From contig NC_011979.1 in the NCBI RefSeq assembly GCF_000022265.1, forward strand, positions 690,001 to 722,000: a stretch of 32,000 bases of DNA, written 5' to 3'. Of the stretch, positions 8,891 through 17,685 are shown one piece after another (position 1 is the stretch's first letter; every line of letters starts with the position of its first letter). Position numbers and translations under genes: made by a program. The notes under the pieces were generated by a model, which did no database searches, had not been told where the DNA came from, and saw only the letters and a list, made by a program, of their open reading frames with translations. The stretch comes from Geotalea daltonii FRC-32. Lineage in GTDB: Bacteria > Desulfobacterota > Desulfuromonadia > Geobacterales > Geobacteraceae.

Positions 8891-9388
8891 ATGACCACTG
8901 GTATTGATGAACTGATAAGAGCCCTGCGGGAAAAGGGGGCGCTACTGGACGAGATGTATCAGCTCCTGGAAGAAGAGCAGAACTGTATAATCGCTCTCGA
9001 TATGGCCCGGCTGGAGACCAACCAGTCAGAAGTTGACAGTGCCATGGGGAGGCTGGAGCGATTGAACGGGAACTGCAGGAACCTTCTGGCAAAGACCGGT
9101 GCAGCGTTGGGGCTTGAGGATAATGGAAGCCTTTCACCGCTCATAGCGCGGACCGCCGGGCAGGAACGCCTTGCCCTGCAAGGTCTGCAGACGGATCTTA
9201 CCACCTCGACCACGGCCGTCGACAACCTCCTTGCCATGAACCGCAATCTTCTTCAGGATTCCCTGGGACTGGTGGATCGGTCACTCAACTTCTTCAACAG
9301 CCTGTTCAACAATCCCACCACCTACGGCCAAGCCGGGACAATGAGAACCAACAATGGCGGAGCCAGGCTGGTGTGCAAGGAGATATGA
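8891..9388 (+). CDS. flgN: Flagellar export chaperone FlgN family protein
   Basis: GGAGG SD present. The 165 aa helical protein (LLDEMYQLLEEEQNCIIALDMARLETNQSEVDSAMGRLERL) sits in the conserved slot between flgM and flgK. The call rests on context plus weak similarity. Confidence 0.65.
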   Translation: MTTGIDELIRALREKGALLDEMYQLLEEEQNCIIALDMARLETNQSEVDSAMGRLERLNGNCRNLLAKTGAALGLEDNGSLSPLIARTAGQERLALQGLQTDLTTSTTAVDNLLAMNRNLLQDSLGLVDRSLNFFNSLFNNPTTYGQAGTMRTNNGGARLVCKEI

Positions 9389-10828
9389 ATGGGAATAAAT
9401 GACATCTTCAGCATAGCCACCAGGGGGATAGCCGCCCAGCGTCAGGCAATCGAGGTGACCAGCGAGAACATCGCCAATGTCAATACCCCTGGCTACTCGC
9501 GGCAACGGGTCATTATGGAAAGCGGGCCGGCAAACATCGCGTCCGGCTTTCCAATCGGTGGAGGGGTAGAGGTAGTTGCCGTGCAACGCTCTTACGACAA
9601 CCTGCTGCAGACGCAGCTAGTTAACGGCAACAGCACCTACCAGCAGAACCTGGCAAAACAGACTGCCCTGCAGCAGGTAGAGCCTCTGTTCAACGAAGTC
9701 TCCACCGACGGCTTGGGCAAGGCCATGGAGAGCTTTTTCGGCTCATGGCAGGATCTTTCCCTTAATCCCCAAGGGGCCCCTGAGCGTCAGGCTCTCATTG
9801 CCCGCTCGCAGATTCTGGTGGATACATTTCACCAGATGAACACCAATCTCAACGCCGTCATCACCAGTGCCGACCAGGATTTGGTCAGCATCACCGCCGA
9901 CGTCAGCGATAAGCTCGGCAATATTGCCTTGCTCAATCAGCAGATCATGACCACCCAGGGCATGGGAGGCAACGTCAATGAGATGAAGGATCAGCGGGAC
10001 CTCCTTGTCCAGGAACTTGCCGGCAAGGTGGGGATAACCACCAGCGAGCAGTCCAACGGCACCTTGACCGTCTCGCTTACTCTCGGTGGCCAGACCCTGG
10101 TGAGCGGCAACCAGTACAGCACCGTCTATACCAGTCCCGATGGGGGGACTCCCCAGCGGAACGATATCTATGTCACCCCCCTGGGCAATCCACCGCCTGC
10201 CAACACACCGGCCACCGACACCGATGTGACCGCCACCATCGGCGGCCTCAATAACGGCTATGGCGAAATCGGCGGAACACTGCAGGTAAGGGACCAGATA
10301 GTGCCGGGGTACCTGGCCAAACTGGATGAGTTGGCCAGCAAGATCATTACCTCGGTCAATACCCAGCACACCGCCGGAGCCGACCTTGCCGGCGGCGCCG
10401 GTGTCGCCTTTTTTACCGGCACTTCCAGCGCCGATATTGCCGTCAGCGGTACGATAACCTCCGATCCGACCAGGATTGCCGCGGCTGCCAATCCGTTTGT
10501 CGGCCCGGGTGACAACCGCAATGCACTGCTCATCGCCGACATCAAAAATTCTTCCCTTGCGTTCAGCACCGGCAACAGCACCGTAGCCGACTTCTTCAAC
10601 GCCTTTGTCAGCAATGTGGGCATCGATGTGCAGAAGGCTAAAAATACGGCGGCGCAGGGGGAGGCTTTCCTGAAGCAGCTGAATACCTTGCGGGAATCAA
10701 ACGCGGGTGTTTCCCTGGATGAGGAGTTGACCAATCTTCTCAAGTACCAGCGGGCATTTGAGGGAGCGGCACGGTTGGTGACGACGGGAAGCGAGATGAT
10801 GGATACCATACTGGCGATGGTCAGGTAA
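9389..10828 (+). CDS. flgK: Hook-associated protein 1 FlgK
   Basis: The ATG directly follows the flgN TGA. N-terminus IFSIATRGIAAQRQAIEVTSENIANVNTPGYSRQRV. C-terminus GVSLDEELTNLLKYQRAFEGAARLVTTGSEMMDTIL. Confidence 0.9.
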   Translation: MGINDIFSIATRGIAAQRQAIEVTSENIANVNTPGYSRQRVIMESGPANIASGFPIGGGVEVVAVQRSYDNLLQTQLVNGNSTYQQNLAKQTALQQVEPLFNEVSTDGLGKAMESFFGSWQDLSLNPQGAPERQALIARSQILVDTFHQMNTNLNAVITSADQDLVSITADVSDKLGNIALLNQQIMTTQGMGGNVNEMKDQRDLLVQELAGKVGITTSEQSNGTLTVSLTLGGQTLVSGNQYSTVYTSPDGGTPQRNDIYVTPLGNPPPANTPATDTDVTATIGGLNNGYGEIGGTLQVRDQIVPGYLAKLDELASKIITSVNTQHTAGADLAGGAGVAFFTGTSSADIAVSGTITSDPTRIAAAANPFVGPGDNRNALLIADIKNSSLAFSTGNSTVADFFNAFVSNVGIDVQKAKNTAAQGEAFLKQLNTLRESNAGVSLDEELTNLLKYQRAFEGAARLVTTGSEMMDTILAMVR

Positions 10829-10857
10829 ATGGCGTCCGAAAGGGGAGGAGAGTTGAC

Positions 10858-11778
10858 ATGCGCGTAACTCCGGGAATGACGGCAGACAATGCTTTGTATA
10901 ATCTGCAGCAGGGGCGGTCGAAGCTGGACCAGCTGCAGGAACAAATCGCCTCAGGTTCCGTTATCAATCGGCCGAGCGATGATCCCATATCCACCCGGCA
11001 GATCCTTGCCATGCAGAATGGGGTCACCGAGGGGGACCAGTACCTGAGCAACATCGAGAAGGGCAACATCTGGCTCAACATAACCAATACGGCGCTGACC
11101 GGAATGTCCTCCATAATGGCCCAGGTGAAAACCATTGCCAGCAACATGATCAGCACCAGTACCGATGCCAACATGATCGCCAATGCCACCACCAACCTCA
11201 CCCAGCTGAAAAACCAGCTGATCGACCTGGGCAATACCCAGATCGGCAACCAGTATGTCTTCGGCGGCTTCGACAACAGCACGGCGCCTTTTGATGCAAG
11301 CGGCGTTTTTTCCGGTACCGATGATCCCATGAAGGTAGATATTGCCAGGAATTCCTCTGTTGCCATCAATATCACGGGGGGGGACCTCTTGCGTGGGGGA
11401 ACACCGGCGGTGGGGGCCGGTTCCGGGGCCACCGCCGGCACCAGGCCGGCGGACATTATCGACAGTATCGACAAGCTGATTGCAGCAATTACCAGCAGCT
11501 CAGCCGCTGATATCGTCGACGGGGTGAAGAACATGAAGGCTTCGGCCGATCAGATTGCCGCTGCCCAGAGCACGGTGGCGGGAAACATGATGCGGCTGGA
11601 CAATGCCAAGACTATGATCGTCAACAATCAGAACACCCTGAAAAACATCATCAGCAGTAAGCAGAATGTGGATTATGCCAAGGCGGCGACGGAACTTTCC
11701 CAGCAGCAGACGGCTTTTGAGGCAGCGCTGTCGGCAACGGCCAAGATCAGCCGGCTGTCATTGCTTGACTACATCTAG
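10858..11778 (+). CDS. flgL: Hook-associated protein 3 FlgL
   Basis: AGGGGAGGAG SD present. Flagellin-like termini: MRVTPGMTADNALYNLQQGRSKLDQLQEQIASGSVINRPSDDP and VDYAKAATELSQQQTAFEAALSATAKISRLSLLDYI. Confidence 0.85.
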   Translation: MRVTPGMTADNALYNLQQGRSKLDQLQEQIASGSVINRPSDDPISTRQILAMQNGVTEGDQYLSNIEKGNIWLNITNTALTGMSSIMAQVKTIASNMISTSTDANMIANATTNLTQLKNQLIDLGNTQIGNQYVFGGFDNSTAPFDASGVFSGTDDPMKVDIARNSSVAINITGGDLLRGGTPAVGAGSGATAGTRPADIIDSIDKLIAAITSSSAADIVDGVKNMKASADQIAAAQSTVAGNMMRLDNAKTMIVNNQNTLKNIISSKQNVDYAKAATELSQQQTAFEAALSATAKISRLSLLDYI

Positions 11779-11814
11779 AAGTAGAAAATAAATATGCATA
11801 TTAATGGTGGAGAG

Positions 11815-11855
11815 GCCATACGAGCGCTTTTACGGCACGAGATGGCCTTTTTTTC
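11815..11855 (+). terminator. Candidate intrinsic terminator after flgL
   Basis: GGCCAT (11815-11820) pairs with ATGGCC (11843-11848) and is followed by T7 (11849-11855). The stem is short and the loop is long (22 nt), so the call is weak. Confidence 0.35.
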
Positions 11856-11898
11856 GCGCGGACTCAAGGCCACCAGTTATCTTTGATGGAAATCGGGC

Positions 11899-11925
11899 TA
11901 AAGATTTGGTTCCATATACCGAAAC
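11899..11925 (+). promoter_or_regulatory. Sigma-28 (FliA)-type promoter for flbD-motA-motB
   Basis: TAAAGATT (11899-11906), an 11 nt spacer, then ACCGAAAC (11918-11925). The enterobacterial consensus is TAAAGTTT-N11-GCCGATAA. It lies about 30 nt upstream of flbD and downstream of the flgL terminator candidate. Confidence 0.5.
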
Positions 11926-11956
11926 AAATAGAAAAGAGCAGTATGGGGGCAGATGA

Positions 11957-12214
11957 ATGATCAGACTGACGCGAATGGACGGCAGTGAAATATATCTCAA
12001 CCCGGATCTCATGGAAATTATCGAAGAGACCCCGGACACCCATATTGCCCTTACGAATGGCAACCGTTACCTGGTCCTGGAGCCGGTGGCCGTGATCCTC
12101 GACCGGATCGTCACCTTCAAGGCCAGTATCCAGCGCCGCTCTTCCGGGGGCATGAAAAAAAAGTACCTTCTCCGGCAACGGAAAGAAAACTACCGACCGA
12201 TCTGTCCTCTCTGA
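11957..12214 (+). CDS. flbD: Flagellar protein FlbD
   Basis: MIRLTRMDGSEIYLNPDLMEIIEETPDTHIALTNGNRYLVLEPVAVILDRIVTFK closely resembles the FlbD family (not CsrA). It lies immediately upstream of motA-motB. Confidence 0.85.
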   Translation: MIRLTRMDGSEIYLNPDLMEIIEETPDTHIALTNGNRYLVLEPVAVILDRIVTFKASIQRRSSGGMKKKYLLRQRKENYRPICPL

Positions 12215-12241
12215 CAGCGGCTTCCACACGGGACTAGAAGA

Positions 12242-13012
12242 ATGGATATAGCATCTATAATCGGTCTGATACTGGGTTTCGGCGCTGTTATCGGCGGCCA
12301 GATCCTTGAGGGGGGGCATGTCAGTGCAATCATTCAGCCGACTGCCGCCCTCATCGTCCTTGGCGGTACCATCGGCGCCACCTTTGTCAGCTTTCCTCTG
12401 GCCAATATTCTCAATGCTTTGAAAGATGCGCGAAAGGTCCTCTTTCCGCCCAAGGATGACCCGGAAGCGGTGATCAAGAACATCATCAATTATGCGGCCA
12501 AGGCTCGGCGCAACGGCTTGATCTCACTGGAGCAGGAAGCCCAGACGGTCAAGGATTCCTTCACCAAAAAGGGCATCTCCCTGGTGGTGGACGGCATCGA
12601 TCCACAGAAGCTCAGGGAAACCATGGAGATAGAGCTTAACTCCTTTGAAGAGCATGCAAAGGCAAGCGCCGAAGTTTTCGAGGCAGCCGGGGGCTTTGCT
12701 CCCACCATCGGCATCATAGGCGCTGTCCTCGGTCTTATCCACGTCATGAACAACCTGTCCGATTCTTCCAAGCTGGGCGCCGGCATCGCGGTAGCTTTCG
12801 TCGCCACCATTTACGGCCTGATGACGGCCAATATCATCTGCATTCCAATCAGCACCAAGCTGAAACTGCGGCTTAAGGAGGCGATTCTGCAGAAGGAGAT
12901 GGTCATAGAAGGGCTGATCGCCATTCAGAATGGGGAGAACCCCCATTTTATCGAGCAGAAGCTGCGTGCCTACCTGCCGGAAGGTGGAGCCGGCGCCAAG
13001 AAGGGCAAATAG
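12242..13012 (+). CDS. motA: Flagellar stator protein MotA
   Basis: Four-TM MotA/TolQ/ExbB family. N-terminus MDIASIIGLILGFGAVIGG. Conserved C-terminal TM pair PTIGIIGAVLGLIHVM...GAGIAVAFVATIYGLMTANIICIPI. Confidence 0.9.
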   Translation: MDIASIIGLILGFGAVIGGQILEGGHVSAIIQPTAALIVLGGTIGATFVSFPLANILNALKDARKVLFPPKDDPEAVIKNIINYAAKARRNGLISLEQEAQTVKDSFTKKGISLVVDGIDPQKLRETMEIELNSFEEHAKASAEVFEAAGGFAPTIGIIGAVLGLIHVMNNLSDSSKLGAGIAVAFVATIYGLMTANIICIPISTKLKLRLKEAILQKEMVIEGLIAIQNGENPHFIEQKLRAYLPEGGAGAKKGK

Positions 13013-13789
13013 ATGGCCCGAAAAAAGAAACCTGAAAAAGAAGCGAATATGGAGCGGTGGATGGTTTCATATGCCGACTTCATAACACTGCTTTTTGCCG
13101 TCTTCGTCACCCTTTATGCCATGAGTCAGACCGACAAGAAAAAGGCGGAGGAAGTTGTTGAATCCTTGCGGGAGTCATTCGGCTACAGCAAGAGTTCTTC
13201 CTCTCCAAAGCCCCGGGTCATTGATTCAGGCAATATCAACATCATTCCCAATATGCGGCCCCAGTCCCTCCCGCAAAAAGCGGTCAAGAGCGGCAAAACC
13301 AAGTCCCATGCCGAAGAAAAGGATTTCAAGGCGGTCAAGGCTGCCATCGAGGCCTATTTGCTGAAAACGGGCGCCCAGGATAAGGTCAGCGTCGAGATCA
13401 ACCGCCGGGGGTTGGTGGTCAGCCTCAAGGAGGCAGGGTTTTTTGACTCGGGGAGTGCCATTGTGCAGCAGAGCGCTTACAGTCTCCTTGCCCATGTGGC
13501 CGAGTCCCTGGTCAATTACACGAACCCGGTCAGGGTGGAAGGGCATACGGACAATGTGCCCATCAACTCCAGGACATTCCCCTCCAATTGGGAACTGTCC
13601 ACGGCAAGAGCCACCAATCTGGTCCAGTACCTGATCAAGTATTACGAGTTTGAGCCGGAAAAAATTTCGGCAACGGGCTTCGGCGAGTACAGGCCGGTGG
13701 CTGACAACACCACTGTCGATGGGAGAAGCAAGAACAGGCGGGTCGATATAGTGCTGCTGTCGGTGGAGAGTGAAAGGGGAGAACCTTAA
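13013..13789 (+). CDS. motB: Flagellar stator protein MotB (OmpA-like peptidoglycan-binding C-terminus)
   Basis: The ATG directly follows the motA TAG. The N-terminal TM carries the conserved Asp (WMVSYADFITLLFAVFV). OmpA-like motifs are VEGHTDNVPI, SNWELSTARA and NRRVDIV. Confidence 0.9.
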   Translation: MARKKKPEKEANMERWMVSYADFITLLFAVFVTLYAMSQTDKKKAEEVVESLRESFGYSKSSSSPKPRVIDSGNINIIPNMRPQSLPQKAVKSGKTKSHAEEKDFKAVKAAIEAYLLKTGAQDKVSVEINRRGLVVSLKEAGFFDSGSAIVQQSAYSLLAHVAESLVNYTNPVRVEGHTDNVPINSRTFPSNWELSTARATNLVQYLIKYYEFEPEKISATGFGEYRPVADNTTVDGRSKNRRVDIVLLSVESERGEP

Positions 13790-13793
13790 ACTG

Positions 13794-13835
13794 GTGATTG
13801 GTGATTTGTGATTTGTGATTTGTGATTGGTGAGGG
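13794..13835. repeat. Six tandem heptamers: GTGATTG GTGATTT GTGATTT GTGATTT GTGATTG GTGAGGG
   Basis: Read directly from the sequence. The array starts 5 nt after the motB stop, in the convergent motB/PilZ spacer. No inverted partner lies nearby. Confidence 0.85.
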
Positions 13836-13889
13836 TCATTGCGGCTGTTTTTGCCGGGTAGTCTGGGCGGGAAAGAGCCGTTTTCTTCT

Positions 13890-14696
13890 TTAGCGGATGG
13901 GGACGATGCGGTCCTGGCTTAGCTGCAGCAGTCTTCTTTGCTCACTGAATATAAAGGAGATGATGGTCTCCCGCTCCCTTTCGTTGATGTGAATAAAACG
14001 CGTGGCGACCCTGTATTGGGTCCCCTTTTCCCAACGCAGGGTGATTTCGTTGCAGCGCACAACCTCTGCCACGGTGCGGATGATCCGCGAAGGGACCAGA
14101 GGAAGAAAAAGATCAATTCCCATCAGTGTCCCCGGAGCCACCGCTTCGGGCAGCTTCAAACGAATACCTCCACCGCTGAGATTCATTTCCATTGGCAGAA
14201 GGTCTTCGCCATCCCGCCATTCCACTACCTTAAAACCATCACCGAACGGCTCCAACTGCAGCTCCGGCAGTGACAAACAGCGCCCTCTTTCAGCATTCCA
14301 TTCTTCTTCTACAATCGAAAGCGGCTGATTTTTCAATACCCGGTATTCCACCGGCATGACCAGATCCAGTCTGAAGTAATCCCGCCGTTGCTGCTCAATT
14401 ATCGGCCCGACCAGCTTTGCCTGTAGTTTGTTGCCGGAATCGACTTTTTCAAGCCTGCCGTTACAACGGTAATGGGCCCATCCGGTCCAGTAGGTGACAT
14501 AAAACTCCGTACCGATTTCCACTTCCGAGCTGTCCGGTAATCCATCCCCGATCAGCTCGATGGAGAGAAGATCCGAATTGATGGCTGTGACAATGGCATT
14601 ACTTTCGAGGAGTTTCTTGTCCAGGAGGCGGACGGCAGCATTTATCTGCTGGTCCGGTTTGAAATGATCTTCGTATTTGACGGTTGTTGCAGTCAT
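13890..14696 (-). CDS. PilZ-domain c-di-GMP receptor, YcgR-like two-domain architecture (candidate flagellar brake)
   Basis: ATG 14696 lies after AGGGGAA. PilZ signature motifs are QQRRDYFR (RxxxR, aa 105-109) and NLSGGG (D/NxSxxG, aa 172-177). An extra N-terminal domain of about 100 aa is present. The gene is convergent with motAB. Confidence 0.8.
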   Translation of the reverse strand: MTATTVKYEDHFKPDQQINAAVRLLDKKLLESNAIVTAINSDLLSIELIGDGLPDSSEVEIGTEFYVTYWTGWAHYRCNGRLEKVDSGNKLQAKLVGPIIEQQRRDYFRLDLVMPVEYRVLKNQPLSIVEEEWNAERGRCLSLPELQLEPFGDGFKVVEWRDGEDLLPMEMNLSGGGIRLKLPEAVAPGTLMGIDLFLPLVPSRIIRTVAEVVRCNEITLRWEKGTQYRVATRFIHINERERETIISFIFSEQRRLLQLSQDRIVPIR

Positions 14697-14797
14697 GGGC
14701 TGGCGTTCCCCTAGGGTGTTCTGTCCATAGGCTTGAAAATGTTAACACATCTTCCCAAACGCAGCAATTATTTACTACAAGGTATTTAATTATCTCA

Positions 14798-14821
14798 GGC
14801 GATTAACGCGGCGCAATCGCC
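14798..14821. promoter_or_regulatory. Inverted repeat GGCGATT-N10-AATCGCC in the divergent intergenic region (possible regulator or enhancer-binding-protein site)
   Basis: Perfect 7 bp arms at 14798-14804 and 14815-14821. The repeat lies about 75-95 nt upstream of the sigma-54-like element at 14895-14910. Confidence 0.3.
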
Positions 14822-14894
14822 CCCCAGTCCAGTCAAATTTATGACAGAATTCGCTGGCCTTGTAGATCCGTACAGTAGTGCCATTTGGCCCGGC

Positions 14895-14910
14895 TGGTAT
14901 GGTAGTTGCT
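14895..14910 (+). promoter_or_regulatory. Sigma-54 (RpoN)-type -24/-12 promoter candidate for the glycosyltransferase genes
   Basis: TGGTATG-GTAG-TTGCT versus the consensus TGGCACG-N4-TTGCW. The GG and GC spacing is correct. The element ends about 40 nt upstream of ATG 14950. Confidence 0.4.
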
Positions 14911-14949
14911 ATTTACCTGGCGAAAAGTCATCATTGAGAGGTTCAGTCG

Positions 14950-17685
14950 ATGAAAGTATCCATGCCTTCCGGTTCCGCCCATGGCTGGGGAATAGCCGGG
15001 GAATACCTGGCGAGGGAGATAATAAAACTGCCACCGGTCGATGGTGTTACGCTCCACTGTATCGGAGGGGTCGATCTCAAGCCTCTGGACCCCCAGGCCT
15101 GGGACAGGATCAACATCGGTTACACTTTTTTCGAGGACGATATCGAAGTGCTGCGCCATACCAGGCGGGCTGCCGCTGAGTGGGATCACATCGTTGCCGG
15201 TTCCAGCTGGTGCGAACAGCATCTGCGCATCGGCGGCATCAGAAATACCAGCACCATTCTTCAGGGGATCGACCCCGCCAATTTCTCCCCTTCTCCCCCA
15301 CGGCCCGATGACGGACGTTTCATCGTCTTCTCCGGCGGCAAGTTCGAGAGTCGCAAATCACAGGATATTGTCATTGCTGCCATGAAGATACTAATGGCCC
15401 GCCATTCCGATCTGTGGCTCTCCTGCGCCTGGTACAACCACTGGCCCTTTTCCATGGCCACCATGCAGGGCTCACGCTACATCAGCTATCGCCATCTTGA
15501 AGAGGACTGCATGGGCCTTTTACGCAGGACCCTGCAGGAAAACGGCCTTCCCATGGACCGAATCATCCTGCATCCCCTGTTGGATAACGCCCGGATGAGA
15601 AATGTCTATGTGGACACTGATATGGGGCTGTTCCCCAACCGTTGCGAGGGGGGGAATAACATGGTCATGTCAGAATACATGGCCTGCGGCAGGACAGCAG
15701 TCGCATCAGACGCCAGTGGCCAGGGAGACATAATTACCACAGAAAATGCGTTCCCCCTGACCAGCTACGAGCCGCTCCTTATCAGCCGCAGCGGGGTCCC
15801 TTCCGCCATCTGGTTTGAACCCTCCCTGGAGGAGGTGGTGGAAAAGCTGGGGTTTGCTTTGCTCAACAGGGGCGAAATACGTGCCAGGAGCATCCGTGCC
15901 GGAGAAGATTTGCAGCGCTTGCGCTGGGATAGAGCTGCCGAGCAGTTTCATGGCCTTGCCTGCAAACTTGCAGGAAAGGGCCGAGAGTCATTGACGGTCA
16001 GAGTGCATCAGGCATCGCTGGGAGAGCCTTTGACCGCAGACGACTATCTGCGGGAGGGTCGGGCACTTCTCGACAGCGGCAATCCGGCACTGGCCGAGGC
16101 ACGTTTGCTGAAGGCACGCGCTCTGAATCCATTCTCCGCAGAAGTTTACAATTGCCTGGCAGGCGCCATGGATGCACAGGAACGTCATCAGCAAGCGCTG
16201 GGCTACTACCAGAAGGCCCTTTCCCTGCTGCCTGACTCGGCAGTGATCAACTTCAACATGGGCAATACCATGAAAAAGCTGGAGAGGCCTATAGAGGCTA
16301 CAGCATATTACCGGGAGGCCCTGAAAACGGACCCCGATTTTGCCGAAGCCCATTATAATCTGGGGCTGGTTCTGCAGGGGCAGCGGCTTTTCGACCAGGC
16401 TCTGGATGAATACGAGCGGGCGCTGGCCCTGAGGCCGGCTCATGCCGGCACCCTGCATAACATGGGAGATATCTTGCAGGACCGTGGCCAAGTGGAACAG
16501 GCGGTTGCCTGCTATGACAAAGTGCTGGCACTGGATCCGCAACTGGCCAATACCCACAACTCCCTGGGCAATGCCCTTCTCTGCCAGGAAAAATATCCGG
16601 AGGCGATTGCCGCCTATGAGCGTGCCATGGCCATCGATCCTGACAATCCGATGATCCACAACAACCTTGGAGCCGCTTTCAAAGACAAAGGCGACCTGGA
16701 TCAGGCCATCGCCTGCCATCGCCGGGCCCTGGCGCTGGAGCCGGGGAATGCCGATGCCCACTGGAACCTGTCCCTGGCTTGCCTTATGAAAGGGGCGTTC
16801 ATGGAAGGCTGGCAGGGTTATGAATGGCGCTGGGAAAAGAGCATACCGGTGCCGCGCCGAGAGCTGCCGCTTCCTCTCTGGGACGGGGAGCCCTTGGGGG
16901 GCAAGAAGATCATTCTTGTCTCCGAACAGGGGGCCGGGGATGTTTTTCAATTTGTACGTTATGCCGCCTTGGTCGCAGGCAGGGGAGGTACTGTTCTGAT
17001 CGAATGTCAGAGTGCAGCCCTGAAGCCGGTCCTGGAACGGGTGCCGATGGTGAGGGAAGCCTTTGTCGCGGGAGAAACGCTGCCACAGGCTGATTGCTAT
17101 TTCCCCCTCATGAGTCTGCCGCTGCTGTTCGGCACCACACTGGAAAGCATTCCGGCAGACGTTCCATACTTGATCCTGGATCCGGCCCGCCTGGAGAGCT
17201 TCCAGCGAAGGATGGGGGGCGATGGTGGTCTTAAGGTGGGGATCGTCTGGGCCGGTAGACAGAACCTGGTGCGCAACCGCAAGCGGACCTGCGGTTTGGA
17301 GGTTTTTGCCCCCCTGGCCGAAATTCCAGGGGTCTTCGTCTACAGCCTGCAGATAGGCCCCGATGCAGACCAGGCTACTCCATGGGTAGCCCAGGGCAAG
17401 CTGGTCGACTTGACGCCGCACATAAGGGATTTTGCCGACACCGCCGCCCTCATATCCAATCTGGATCTTGTCGTCACCATCGATACTTCGGTTGCCCATC
17501 TGGCAGGGGCACTGGCCCGGCCGGTGTGGACCCTGCTCCACTATGCTCCCGACTGGCGTTGGATGCTCGAGCGCAGCGACAGCCCCTGGTACCCGACCAT
17601 GCGGCTCTTCCGACAAAAACAGCCGGGAGATTGGCAGGGGGTAATGGTGGAGGTGAAGAAGGCCCTGCAGGAGATGCTGCCTTGA
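14950..17685 (+). CDS. Three-module protein: N-terminal GT-B (GT4-like) glycosyltransferase, TPR array, C-terminal GT9 (heptosyltransferase-fold)-like domain
   Basis: GAGAGG SD present; 911 aa. The N-terminal module carries a GT4-like acidic motif (NRCEGGNNMVMSEYMACGRTAVAS). About 7 TPR units span roughly 16030-16800 (for example AEAHYNLGLVLQGQRLFDQALDEYERALALRP). The C-terminal module has EQGAGDVFQFVRYAALVAGRGG...PLMSLPLLFG...KVGIVWAGRQN...DLVVTIDTSVAHLAGALARPVWTLL...SPWYPTMRLFRQ, typical of the GT9 fold. Confidence 0.8.
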   Translation: MKVSMPSGSAHGWGIAGEYLAREIIKLPPVDGVTLHCIGGVDLKPLDPQAWDRINIGYTFFEDDIEVLRHTRRAAAEWDHIVAGSSWCEQHLRIGGIRNTSTILQGIDPANFSPSPPRPDDGRFIVFSGGKFESRKSQDIVIAAMKILMARHSDLWLSCAWYNHWPFSMATMQGSRYISYRHLEEDCMGLLRRTLQENGLPMDRIILHPLLDNARMRNVYVDTDMGLFPNRCEGGNNMVMSEYMACGRTAVASDASGQGDIITTENAFPLTSYEPLLISRSGVPSAIWFEPSLEEVVEKLGFALLNRGEIRARSIRAGEDLQRLRWDRAAEQFHGLACKLAGKGRESLTVRVHQASLGEPLTADDYLREGRALLDSGNPALAEARLLKARALNPFSAEVYNCLAGAMDAQERHQQALGYYQKALSLLPDSAVINFNMGNTMKKLERPIEATAYYREALKTDPDFAEAHYNLGLVLQGQRLFDQALDEYERALALRPAHAGTLHNMGDILQDRGQVEQAVACYDKVLALDPQLANTHNSLGNALLCQEKYPEAIAAYERAMAIDPDNPMIHNNLGAAFKDKGDLDQAIACHRRALALEPGNADAHWNLSLACLMKGAFMEGWQGYEWRWEKSIPVPRRELPLPLWDGEPLGGKKIILVSEQGAGDVFQFVRYAALVAGRGGTVLIECQSAALKPVLERVPMVREAFVAGETLPQADCYFPLMSLPLLFGTTLESIPADVPYLILDPARLESFQRRMGGDGGLKVGIVWAGRQNLVRNRKRTCGLEVFAPLAEIPGVFVYSLQIGPDADQATPWVAQGKLVDLTPHIRDFADTAALISNLDLVVTIDTSVAHLAGALARPVWTLLHYAPDWRWMLERSDSPWYPTMRLFRQKQPGDWQGVMVEVKKALQEMLP

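Noticed and set aside
11794-11886. Small ATG ORF (about 30 aa) in the flgL-flbD spacer
   Set aside because: It spans the terminator hairpin and T-tract, and has no SD and no recognisable similarity. In particular it is not csrA.
13794-13835. Possible CRISPR-like or coding-repeat interpretation of the heptamer arrays, including 4533-4627
   Set aside because: The units are only 6-7 nt and directly abut without spacers. They lie outside ORFs, and no cas genes are present.
17382-17681. ATG-initiated 5' extension of the second TPR-GT ORF
   Set aside because: It would add 100 aa of Arg/Gly/Pro-rich sequence translated out of frame over the conserved GT9-like C-terminus of the upstream gene. The TPR-homologous sequence begins only at 17682.
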